Origin: Laetmonice hystrix
Lineage: Eukaryota
Direction: 5' to 3'
DNA length: 64,000 nucleotides
Assembly: GCA_965235115.1 (NCBI GenBank)
Contig: OZ249448.1
Location: 23,994,001-24,058,000 of the forward strand
Numbering within the stretch: the first letter of the stretch is position 1; the number at the start of each line of letters is the position of its first letter. The notes beneath the pieces were generated by a model. It worked only from the letters and a program-made list of their open reading frames with translations, made no database searches and was not told the origin of the DNA. This document shows, in pieces, positions 52,501 through 64,000 of this stretch. The position numbers and the translations under genes are program-made.

Positions 52501-52614
52501 GATGTCTTCCAGCTTATTGTTCTCGATCGTTCCTACATGTAGTTGCTGGTCGGCAGTTTTCACCCGGGCCAGTTCGGATCCCAAAACGTACAGCAGCAGA
52601 ACTATGGCGCGCAT
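49507..52614 (-). CDS. Secreted fibrinogen-related domain protein (signal peptide, helical region, FBG domain)
   Basis: Exons (-): 52614-52411, 51682-51529, 50725-50586, 50186-49925, 49778-49507. Motifs are DC...SGVFTI...VYCDM...GGGWTVIQRR, FFRNW...GFG...EYWLGN, FSTKDKDND...C...GGWWYNAC and GINW..W.G..YSLK. Confidence 0.92.
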
Positions 52615-53013
52615 GGTTCTGGTTCTTTAGAAGCGAGTCTCAATTGACGATCTTTTTATCTGCGCAGATGGTCAGAACGCTGATCGTATCTGTAATCGTA
52701 TCTAGGATCTGATGATGTCGAGTCAAGCGTTCCTCTACATGTGCATTGTATTGGCAGTGCATACACCATTCTATAGGCTATGTCCGGGATGTTGACTTCC
52801 GCTCTGGTTCGGATAGGTCAGAGGTCAGTGATAGCACTATGGGTCATCAGTAGGCCTATAGGCCTAATTATGCTGATACACACTGGGCAATAAGTTCATT
52901 CTATTATGTAGGCTATAGATATAGGATATTCAACTTCAAGGCCTATTATTATGACTCTTCCCATAGATCTATGGGTCAAAATATTGATGCAGAAACTATG
53001 ATCATACATTAGA

Positions 53014-53171
53014 TNNNNNNNNNNNNNNNNNNNNNNNNNNNNNNNNNNNNNNNNNNNNNNNNNNNNNNNNNNNNNNNNNNNNNNNNNNNNNNNNNNNNNN
53101 NNNNNNNNNNNNNNNNNNNNNNNNNNNNNNNNNNNNNNNNNNNNNNNNNNNNNNNNNNNNNNNNNNNNNNN
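53014..53171. other. Assembly gap
   Basis: Run of N. Confidence 1.
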
Positions 53172-53861
53172 TCACAACCAGGATTCCCCACCATCCACAT
53201 TCATGACTGTATGCGATGTTATGTGTCGCTGCATGGACGGAGTAGGCCTAATCTATAGACACTCCCACGTCCACGCAAAGCCAAAATCTACCCCCACCCC
53301 ATGGCACTTTCACCCCAACCCTCCTTCCCCACCCCATCTATACCCCCGGTGCACCCCTGACCCATAAATTTGTTCGTCACTCCCGCGGTACTCGCATTTC
53401 CACGAATGTAGCACTGACGTCACCGCCACCGTGCAGTTTCTATAGATTTCTATGTATAGGCCTAGATCTAGGCCTAAACAACTTCGGTACCGATGGTTCT
53501 TTGGTAGGCCCACGTAGGCTGGTCTATGGTAAAAAAAAAAACCTAAGCCTATTATAGCTATAGGCCTAGGTGCCTACCGCATATTTTCAGGGGAACACTT
53601 TTGGACACTTTACAGATAGGCCCTACTGAAAGATTTAAAGGCCCTACGGTTTTTATTAGATCTAGGCCTACTAGGCCTACTAGGCCTATAGGCCTAGGCC
53701 TATTTTGAATGAAGGCCCTACCTAGCTCGGTGGGCAGGGGGTAGCACCCCGCCCACCCGTGCCTATTTTTACGAGCAGGCACCTGATAAGGGTGTCCTTC
53801 TGAGCCTCCCCGACATGCACAACGAGTTGTGCGCTGCCATCTGGCGTAAGAACTAGAACTA

Positions 53862-54138
53862 TAGAGTGAGTCAAAAAACACTAGACACTTTTTAAAAGGT
53901 CCATTGTTTTATTGTGTACCAATATATACAATATATTTTTGCTTGTACCTACTTAGGCTATGCAGCAATTCTTCCTGCACCTTTTGGTACCAGTCATGCT
54001 TGATTGGTTTTCATTCAGAGGAAGAGTTGTAAGGCCCCCCCCCCCCCCCTACAAGCAAAAATATATTGTATATATTGGTACACAATAAAACAATGGACCT
54101 TTTCAAAAGTGTCTAGTTTTTTTTTTACTCACCCTGTA
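53862..54138. mobile_element. Tc1/mariner-like MITE
   Basis: Long inverted arms (ctagacactttttaaaaggtccattgttttattgtgtaccaatatatacaatatattttt and its reverse complement at about 54058-54117). The right end reads ...ACTCACCCTG|TA, a typical mariner-type terminus with TA. Confidence 0.65.
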
Positions 54139-54193
54139 TAGGCCTATATTCGCCTCCCTTGCACCAAAGAACGGGCTTGCACAGGACTATGTT

Positions 54194-54287
54194 TAGCCTG
54201 GTTCCCGTGCCCGCCGCTCCGCTCCTTGGCGCTGATGGTCGACAATCAGCGCCAAGGGGCGGAGCGGCGGGCACGGGAACCAGGCTA
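54194..54287. mobile_element. 94-bp palindromic MITE just upstream of NTMT1
   Basis: Near-perfect hairpin tagcctggttcccgtgcccgccgctccgc...gcggagcggcgggcacgggaaccaggcta, flanked by gactatgtt and gtctatgtt (8/9 match, candidate target-site duplication). Confidence 0.75.
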
Positions 54288-54394
54288 GTCTATGTTTTAC
54301 CATTTTCACAATCAAAGTAAGCTTCGCCGGGCGCGTCGATATATATAGTGGTCATAGAAATGCACCAGTAAGAGCATCTTGTTTATGCAGGATT

Positions 54395-55352
54395 ATGGCA
54401 GAGTCCGAGTTTTACGGTAAAGCCAAGACCTACTGGCAGAATGTGTCGCCGACGGTGGATGGCATGCTTGGCGGGTTCGCTCATATCTCCAGCACCGATA
54501 TCGGTGGTTCCAACAAGTTCCTGAGGCCATTCATTCGGGTACGACTTCTTACTGCTAGTGCTACCCCTCATATCTTGGGGTAGCACTAGCACTGAGCTAT
54601 CTTGGGGTAGTGTTAGATATATAGCCTAAGTTACTAAGACTAAGTTATAAATTTAAAAAGGAGGGAAAAATACTCAAATACTAACACTAGTCTAACACTA
54701 ACAGGCCCAAGCAATTAGCAGCCAGAAATCGATGCTCAAATTGTATCCAAATCTTTGGAAAAAAGGTTGATAATAAGAAGAGTAGAAATATTGAATGTGG
54801 GACTAATATAAAGCTACAATTGTTTTGATATTTTAACAGGGTCCACAAGCAACAACTGGAACACACCGTGCTTTGGATTGTGGAGCTGGGATCGGCCGAA
54901 TCACCAAACTTTTGCTCACCCCACTTTTTGAGGAAGTAGACATGGTAGAGCTGAGCCAGGAATTCCTGGATAAAGCCCCAGTATACCTTGGTGATAGGGC
55001 ATCCAAGGTTCGTCGTCGCATCTGTTGCGGCTTGCAGGAGTTTGTTCCAGATCCAGGCTACTATGATGTCATTTGGTGCCAGTGGGTCCTTGGCCATCTC
55101 ACAGATGAGGACTTCATAGCATTCTTTAAATCCTGTCAGAAAGGACTGGCGAATAACGGCCTTATTGTTGTCAAAGAAAACGTTTGTGCACCAGAAAAAA
55201 AAGACTTTGATGACAAAGACAGTAGCTACACACGGTCAAAATCAGCCCTGTTGAAGTTGTTTGAAAGAGCGGGACTGCAGTTGTTACGGCAAGAAAAGCA
55301 AAAAAACTTCCCAAAGGAGTTATATGAAGTGTGGATGTTTGCATTGAAGTGA
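54395..55352 (+). CDS. NTMT1: N-terminal Xaa-Pro-Lys protein methyltransferase 1 (NTMT1/METTL11A family), 2 exons, 218 aa
   Basis: Exons 54395-54538 and 54840-55352. Motifs are YW..V.PTVDGMLGGF, ALDCGAGIGRIT, YDVIWCQWVLGHLTD, GLIVVKEN, D..DSSYTRS and FPKELYEVWMFAL. Confidence 0.95.
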
Positions 55353-55604
55353 TCGTGTTTCATAATAATTAAATACATGTAGATATAGTCCCAGAGCTGT
55401 CAGAGCATATTGAAACCTGCACGGAGTACATCTTAAACATCTTGTATTGTATAATGCTGTGTACACTGTGTTTGAATTTACACATCGTGATAAATGTGGA
55501 TTATAATCAGAGTGCACGACTGTATGAAGCAACAGCTGTCATGACTCATAATCTCTTCAATCTGTCAAAGCAGTATTGCATAAATTTTCCCTTACTATTT
55601 GAAC

Positions 55605-56873
55605 TAACTGATCAGCATTGTAGGGTAAGCAAGACAGCTAACAGATCAGCATTGTATGGTAAGGGAGACAGCTAACTGATCAGCATTGTAAGGTAAGTGA
55701 GACAGCTAACTGATCAGCATTGTAGGGCCAGTAAGGGAGAGAGCTATCTGATCAGCATTGTAAGGTAAGCGAGACAGCTAACTGATGAGCATTGTAGGGT
55801 AAGCGAGACAGCTAACTGATCAGCATTGTAGGGCCGGTAAGCGAGACAGCTAACTGATCAGCATTGTAGGGTAAGCGAGACAGCTAACTGATCAGCATTG
55901 TAGGGCCGGTAAGCAAGACAGCTAACTGATCAGCATTGTAGGGCCGGTAAGCGAGACAGCTAACTGATCAGCATTGTAGGGTAAGCGAGACAGCTAACTG
56001 ATCGGCATTGTAGGGCCGGTAAGGGAGACAGCTAACTGATCAGCATTGTAGGGTAAGCGAGACAGCTAACTGATCAGCATTGTAGGGCCGGTAAGCAAGA
56101 CAGCTAACTGATCAGCATTGTAGGGCCGGTAAGCGAGACAGCTAACTGATCAGCATTGTAGGGTAAGCGAGACAGCTAACTGATCGGCATTGTAGGGCCG
56201 GTAAGGGAGACAGCTAACTGATCAGCATTGTAGGGCCGGTAAGCGAGACAGCTAACTGATCAGCATTGTAGGGCCGGTAAGCGAGACAGCTAACAGATCA
56301 GCATTGTAGGGCCGGTAAGCGAGACAGCTAACTGATCAGCATTGTAGGGCCGGTAAGCGAGACAGCTAACAGATCAGCATTGTATGGTAAGGGAGACAGC
56401 TAACTGATCAGCATTGTAGGGTAAGCAAGACAGCTAACTGATCAGCATTGTAGGGCCGGTAAGCAAGACAGCTAACTGATCAGCATTGTAGGGCCGGTAA
56501 GCGAGACAGCTAACTGATCAGCATTGTAGGGTAAGCGAGACAGCTAACTGATCGGCATTGTAGGGCCGGTAAGCGAGACAGCTAACTGATCAGCATTGTA
56601 GGGCCGGTAAGCGAGACAGCTAACTGATCAGCATTGTATGGTAAGGAGACAGCTAACTGATCAGCATTGTAAGGTAAGCGAGACAGCTAACTGATCAGCA
56701 TTGTAGGGCCGGTAAGCGAGACAGCTAACTGATCAGCATTGTAGGGCCGGTAAGCAAGACAGCTAACTGATCAGCATTGTAGGGTAAGCAAGACAGCTAA
56801 CTGATCAGCATTGTAGGGCCGGTAAGGGAGACAGCTAACTGATCAGCATTGTAGGGCCGGTAAGCGAGACAGC
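55605..56873. repeat. 34/38-bp minisatellite, about 35 copies
   Basis: Units cagctaactgatcagcattgtagggtaagcgaga (34 bp) and cagctaactgatcagcattgtagggccggtaagcgaga (38 bp), interspersed. Confidence 0.95.
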
Positions 56874-57287
56874 GATCAATCGTACCAGGTTAAAGTGACA
56901 CATTACATTGTCAAGTATAGTGCCTACATACCATTTACAAACATAGAGACTGCATATATTGCGTTTGTACCATATATTGTTCTCAAAGTTCAAATTTGAT
57001 CTCAATAGTGAAAGTGAGCACAGCTCCATGCCTTGAGAGGGGGTGATCTAGATGATCTATACTGGGGGATAGCCCACTCCCTCCCCCCTTCCGACACCAC
57101 TGCAATAGATCTGAAACCATGATTGCATTTCTGTCGTGCATCCAAATGTGGAGAATGTCGATTTTGCTTGAGAAATTCGTTTCCTGGAAGTGTTTATCAT
57201 AGAAATAGAAATAAATCTCTACACACCAACTTTTCTAGTGGGAGTTTTTGCTGATAATTACGGAAGCCATCAGTTAAACTAGATGAA

Positions 57288-57344
57288 TGGCGCATGAATA
57301 CGGCACTGACTCTATCTTTGGTGTCGTGCCGTATTCATGCGCCA
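57288..57344. repeat. Short hairpin with a 19-bp perfect stem
   Basis: tggcgcatgaatacggcac ... gtgccgtattcatgcgcca, with a loop of about 19 nt; probably a transposon remnant. Confidence 0.8.
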
Positions 57345-59865
57345 GGCTTTATCACGGTGAAGGAGCCTTATCCTCTTACTTGAATGATTTCTAATGTGAG
57401 AAAACGAGTAAACAATAGTTAACAACAAATAAGCGTTTATTAACTTTTACCTATACACTGTTGTATTCTGTCCGCTGGGCCACGGGACGGGGCGGTTTGT
57501 TAAAGTGGACACCCTCCCCCTCCCATTTTTTCTACACGGTGCTCACAAAATGGTACCAAGCTGAGAGAGGCCTGCTGTTGGAACAGCCTAGGCTTAAATT
57601 AAAAAAGAAATATTCGTTAAATAAGCTACTCGGTGAAATCCCCTACGCACGTTGGCCATTCCTGAAACGCTTACATATGTACCGTACATGCGCGTTGGCC
57701 ATTCCTGTAACGTTTATATACGTACATATGTATATGTACGGTACGTATATCAACGAGACCCTGTGTGTTGAAGCGCGGCCCCCTAGCGGCAGAATTGCCT
57801 GTCTCTTCTCGAAGTGCCTATTTTTAGACGGGGTTTAGTGTCCTCACTGATGCATGAAGCCGACAGACAGTAGTGTGAACTCTGGACAGGTGTGCAGGAC
57901 GTCACCGGAGTCCTAACATATAGCAAGGTTTGGCCGACATCGGCGACTTCTGGTGTACAGGTGAGGTGAAATCCTGCTACATCCTGCTACACTTTCATCA
58001 CTTTGATCGCGCATCCTAGAAATAGAAAAATGTAATCAGTATATTCTCTCTACACGCTGGTATCGGAGTGCAGAGGTCGTAAATGGCTGAACCACATAAC
58101 ACTGGTGGTGGTATATATCTCTGCTGGTCACGATGACGACGCCTAAATTTACTCTGCATTCTTGACATTCCATACTAACAGAAATAACATGGATGCTAAA
58201 TAATTAATATTTATAAGTCAATATATTTTGTAATATATGAACATGATTGTGTTATGACAAACATATCGACAGTGAATGTGGTATGTCATGAGGTATAGGC
58301 CTATATCAAACGCGATATGTGCAGGGCCGTCGGCCGTCGGAAGCAGGCTGCAGGGCGTAGAACTCCAGCCCCCCCCCCCCAACCAACACTTTTCGCCAAA
58401 AAAAGGGATTATTGGAGATTTTTGCCCCGGATTGACGATGTCACTCAAATTTTCTGACGTCCCTCAAATGTCTGCATTATATACGCCAACCTTTCCTTCA
58501 GATAGTTTACAATATATCCTTCAATGCTTCAGCTCGACAATAAGTTACACAAACCATGCCGTTAGCAAGAATTGTCTATAGATTTTGAACATACTGACTG
58601 ACTCACAGCTCACATATATTCTGTACTTTTCATTTCGGGATGGGTGGGTTTTGATTTGGTATTATTCCATCGGGCCATTAGTGTTTATAGGTCAAGCTTG
58701 ATTTTATTACAGCATGGTGTCTCTGTGATGTCGACCATGGAGACACTGTAAGCCCCTCCGGGCCTGGTGTGTGCGTGTCTGACTCATGGCATGCCGAGTA
58801 TATGCATCAGCATAGCGGCCGGGCCTAATTATTAAAGTTGCCTGGTATTGAACAGAGCCAGGCACGGCACACAAAGCGACAAATGGCGCACGGAAATCCT
58901 TCACTGTGTACGGACAGGTTGGATGAGGTGCTACGTGGCAGTTGATTTAAAATCATGTATAGGGCAGGGCCTATTGATGTTGAGTTACGGGTTCAGTATT
59001 TCGTTAATACATTCCATATAGTGTTTAGACTCAGGCCTAAAAGGAAAAATCGATATAAAAGTTTTTATTGCAATGCATTTTTCACCCTCTCGTATGTCCA
59101 TCCCCAAAAGCAGCATTGCATAAATCCCCATTTTTTTAGACAAACAAGATCATATATTATATAGACCAGATGAACAACAATCATTTACCACATGTATCTA
59201 ACATTAGGCTCCCAATGTTGAGCAGAATATAACTAGACCGAATAAATACACATCGAAGCGTGTGTTTATGCGAATAGATACACATGGAAGCGTGTGTGCA
59301 TGCGTGAATCCTGTGTCTATAATGTTAATGAACTTAGCCGCAGGTCACGCATGTTTCCCGCTGCAGTTCCCCCTTTTTAAATTTTGTTGTTTTGATTTTT
59401 TTTACTCATTAAAACTAACTCGATCCCAAATACGATGTAGGCCTATACTTTCCACTGCGGTTGAAACTATTGTGTCAATGACAGAAGAAACCTAACCACC
59501 AATTTCGGCTGAACTATTTCCAATACCGTTAAAGCTGTTTTGCTGCAGATCATTTGGAGGAAAAATGTAACTGTCGACTCTATAACCTTTTCTGTTGAAA
59601 CGAATGATCTTTCCAAATTCTTCAATTTTGCTTATGGCGATAGTTGCACAACAAATGTTGAAATGTATAAAAAGTAAATAATATAATAATTATTATAAAC
59701 GTTTTGAAATATTCTTGTTTTTTATTGACCGGCCTAACAAAAGTGTTTTATAAAACATATTGCAGTTAAATATCAACGCTTGTTGGAACAAGTAAAGGTT
59801 CACAGGGGAAGTTAAGTTCAATTGGCAGTCCCCTACTCTTGGCTCCGATACAGAGAGCTGGTATT

Positions 59866-62800
59866 ATGGCTGTGTCACGACCGCTGCTTGTCTGGGCGAC
59901 GGTCCTTGCCAGTACCCTATTTACAGGTGAGTATATGATATCTCAGCTGTACAGGCGGAGCGGTTTTTTGTGGATAGCTGCCAGTATAGGCTACATGTTG
60001 GGGAGGTTTGCCTGTCTACCATATGTAACTTACAACAAAACACCAGACCCCTTAAGTACAATATGGAAATGCATATAGTCACAAATAAATCGTTCTTATG
60101 GAAACCCATCTACATGTACATGTATTTAAGTTACTATTTACTAAACACTAAGAAGGACAACAGGCATAGTTAACCAATTCATTCAGGTATAACATGACAA
60201 AAATATATTTAAAAAACCGTCAATTTACTGCAACGAGAATTATGAATCACCCTGTACTTCAGTTTTAAACCAGGCATGATCAAAACAAGACGCCCGTCGG
60301 AATGCTAATTCTTTGTCTTATTCTTTCAGTCGTGTTTGGTCAGGAAACAACAGCTTGTTCTCCTCCCAGGCGAGTTGATGATCTCGGCGCCTGTTTGTCT
60401 GGTATCCGCCAGGGGGCGACAAATATGTCTCTCTTCTGGTTTGGTAGCGGGTACCAGGCTAGGTGTCCGCCACAGCGGATGTTCACGATCGACTGCTTCA
60501 ACAATCTGAAGGGCATTCACAGTTTGGCGTCGCTGGTTTTTGGGAACGATACTGATCTGTCAAAAATTAACAGATATATTGAAGTGAATTTTACTTCCCC
60601 TGCAGGTACGTGTTGTTGTTGTGTGTTACTTTAGATAGAAACTCAGCTTGATTTAGTTTATTCTTCTAAAATGGGGCCACACCGAAACTGAAATTATAAT
60701 CTCGTGTAGGATTCCCATTTAGGTGGAGGGGGCTTCTAGGGGGTCAGAATTAAGAAATTATTAGAGGTATACATAGTAATATGCCTCAGTGAAGATAGGA
60801 ATGCCAGGAAGATATGTGCTAGCACGAGCTGATACAGGCCTATATAGGCCTATATAGGCCTATAGATCCAGGCATAGGAACGGTCGTCGGCCTCAGCATG
60901 GTCCTATAAAGTTTAAACAAAAACAGTTAAAGTGTATGATAAACTGCTCTGCCTGTTGTATTGTAGGGACATATGAAGCGTGTGATTTCAACTACAAGCA
61001 GGAGTCGGCCAAGATGTTCTCCATTGATCCCCTGTCGGCGACCGCCTACAGGCCGTGGGGCCTGCGCATGGCGCCCTCTATCAGGTGGATGAGTAACGAC
61101 AAGGAGTACTTTACCCTGTTCGTAGTGGATGTGCCCAACCGTTTCATCCATGGCGTTTTCGTCAACATTCCCGGTAGCGATATGTCAAACGCTGAGGTAT
61201 ACAGTGGTCTATAAAGAAATAGTAGGCCAGTATTAATACCATACATACTGTACAAGACTTGAGCTAACTTTACCATGATTAAAACCAACTGCACGACGAA
61301 TGACGTACCAGTCGACAGTCGCTCATGACCTCCGAGGTAAATTCTCAAGGATAACGCATTTGGCTGGAATCTAAGTTAAGGTATTTTGTTCTACAGGTTT
61401 TAAAGCCATACCATGGGCCAAGGAATTCACGGAATATACACAACCCGTATGCATTCGTGCTCTACCAGCAAGGAGAACCTTTCAATACATCACCGAGATA
61501 TCTTGAATTGATTCGAACCAGGCAGATTTTCTCAATCCCGGCCTTCGCCAGAGAACATAACCTTCGAGGTATCTGAAACATTTGTTAGCTCCCGTGACCC
61601 CACATGTGTGGTAACGATAGTATTTGGCAACATTCCAATGATTCGAAGAAACTTGTTAGCCATGTAAAGTTAAAGAAAAAATTGAAAATTGAGTTTTATA
61701 GCAATAACAAGATTTTTGCTCTCTCGAACTCCGAATAATTTGATTATGTTGTGCAGGGCCTGTGGGTCTGAGCTGGATGTTGGCGGCAGACGACGCCTAT
61801 GCCATCGGCCTACAGCGTCAGGCGGGCATCATCAACAACTGTGCGTCGTTAGTTAGCGAAGGTACGTTACTTAGGAACCGTAGTTCTCTACTTGCAATGG
61901 TAGCGTGTTTTAGTTTTTGAGGCGGTTCCGGGATAGTGCAATGCGGAGGGGCGTGTTTGGGGCGTGTTGAAAATTATTTTTGCAAATACAAGTCTCCTGT
62001 TTGATGATACCTTTGCATTGTATAGTTACATATGACGAGGTTGAATTATTCATCATATATGATTTTCCTATTAAAGCTTACAGTGCCCACAAGAAACGAC
62101 CTTTCCTAGAGAGAAACCCCAACCTTAGCGTTTTCATCCGACTTCGCTTCAGCACCGACCAATTAGACATGCCTTGTGGCAATGAGTGGAAGTGCTTCCG
62201 GTAGGTCGTAGGGATCGACCTACATATGGCAGGAATCATATTGCATGCTCATCTCGAGACCCCTACTGGGCCACACAAAAATCTCATAGTGGCACGCTTG
62301 GCTGACTAACGATCTGCACAAAGAATTATTATTAAACATTTGTATAGGCCTTTAGAGGAGCCCCTTCCCCCTCTCAATTAATTCCTATTTTGTTTTAAAC
62401 CTGTGTCTCTATACATTCTGTGCTGACAGCAATGATTCCTTCTATGCGGACCCGATCGGGAATGTCATCTATGCCCCGGGCAAGACCCGTACTGGAGCCC
62501 GAATAGACATCACACTGTCCATGAACAAACTCTTCCCAAACAACACGGTCGACTTCGCAGGTACGTGGGGCATCTAACGCCTTCAAGTATTAGCCTATAA
62601 GTATAGGCCTACCGTCTTGATACTTTCCGAGTTTTTGTTTAAGATCTAAGTAAAGGGGGGAACTCCCCGGGTTGTAGCCACTGATTGGGTCGATCCAATT
62701 AACCTTTGACCTCTGTTTGACTTTCAGGTCAGATCTACACCATGTTGGCGGTCGATCCGGATATCCCGATGGGTCGAAGTGCCGGAAACAACGAGCGCCC

Positions 62801-63672
62801 CCTGGTGCATTGGCTGGTTACTAACATGCCTGCTGACGGCGGGAAACTCGGAATGGGCGAGGTTATTCACCCCTACTGGGGGCCAGGGCCCCCGGACCCC
62901 CCGCCCCATACCTATTACTTCTTGTTGTACGAACAAATGGGGGAGCTTCAGATAGAAAACACCGATCAATTCACAGAAGGATGTTCCGGTCGTTTAGCGG
63001 GAAGGTGAGTTAAGAAGGCTCTTTTCCTTTAAAAAAAGGAGCAAAGGACCAAGGTATTACAGGCCTGAAAATCTAGGACGTAAACGTAGCCCTTCTTTGA
63101 AGAAATCAGGGGTGCATTGCGAAAAAAATTAGACCTTTTTATGAGACTTGATATTATTCAAAATCCAGGAATCAAAACTACGGAAGCGTAAATCGTAATT
63201 TTAAATGATCTGAGAAGATCTACTTGCTCCAGCCCCGCACCCAACAGCCTTACCAGCCCTGTAGGTTTAACGACTAGTAGGCCTACTAATATAACTTTCA
63301 TCTATTGACTATTGCAGATGTAAATTTGATGTCAACATGTTTGCGAGGACGTATAACTTGACGCTCGTTGGGGCTTCGTGGATTCTTGCTCAGAATGACC
63401 GCGACGACTTTCTGAAGTGCCGAGGTATGAGCACGCCACCACCAAGTACGAACAAAGGCAAATGTGCAACCATCACAGAAACAACACAACCTCCAGAGCC
63501 GACAGAACCAACGGATCATACAGATCCTGTAGGTGGCGCCCCTGTCGTCCACGCACTGAGGCGCACCCTGGCGGTGTCGCTGGTCTTACTCTTCATCATC
63601 CACAGTCACGACCTGTTCATACTACTCACTGTGTGCAGAAAGCGATCAGGAGTGACAATCTACTTAGTCTAA
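59866..63672 (+). CDS. Secreted or membrane-anchored protein with two tandem PEBP domains, 9 exons, 576 aa
   Basis: Exons 59866-59926, 60330-60605, 60967-61196, 61397-61568, 61757-61861, 62077-62200, 62430-62560, 62728-63004, 63318-63672 join in frame. It has a signal peptide (MAVSRPLLVWATVLASTLFTVVFG). Domain 1 reads YFTLFVVD...HGVFVNIPG...PYHGP...YAFVLYQQ. Domain 2 reads YTMLAVDPDIP...HWLVTNMP...YWGPGPP..PHTYYFLLYEQ. A Pro/Thr stalk and hydrophobic tail follow. Confidence 0.85.
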
Positions 63673-64000
63673 TCACACTATAAGATCTACTCAAAATGCA
63701 AGCCACAATTATACTGCAGGCGTCGGCAACGACTGCGAAATGGTATAACGTTTCAGTTCGAGCGCCCACTGTCAAACAGTTTCATGGCAAGCCGCCATGA
63801 GACACTCTGACCTGGATCTGGCCATAGACGTCTATATAGGCCTACTCCTCGGTTAATGTGATTGTCGACTCGCAGACAGGATTTCCGGCCTAGCCCTGTT
63901 TCACATCATTATGTCTTGTGCATTCATTTTTATTGAGACAGAATACTACAATATCTCACTTACTGCCTTCATGTAGTAGGCCTATAGGCCTACGGAAGTG

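Overview
Eukaryotic (metazoan, probably marine invertebrate) genomic DNA with GT-AG introns. No prokaryotic operon, rRNA, tRNA or CRISPR array was seen. Positions 1-33809 (+) hold a very large modular extracellular-protein locus. It starts with a recently amplified array of 25 symmetric phase-1 exons (306-15689), each encoding one six-cysteine PAN/Apple domain, and the array continues upstream of the window. Seven more divergent PAN exons follow, one of which (17898-18133) ends in a stop. After these come linker micro-exons and four VWA domains, with at least one decayed VWA pseudo-exon among them. Downstream are two tandem genes each encoding three C1q-like domains in one exon, an uncharacterised 3-exon gene, a claudin/PMP22-family gene, a fibrinogen-related gene (-), an assembly gap, NTMT1, and a secreted two-domain PEBP-family gene. 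Several minisatellites, MITE-like inverted repeats and a perfect 80-bp palindrome lie between the genes. All gene models were built by eye from splice signals and reading-frame phase; none is confirmed by transcripts or database searches.
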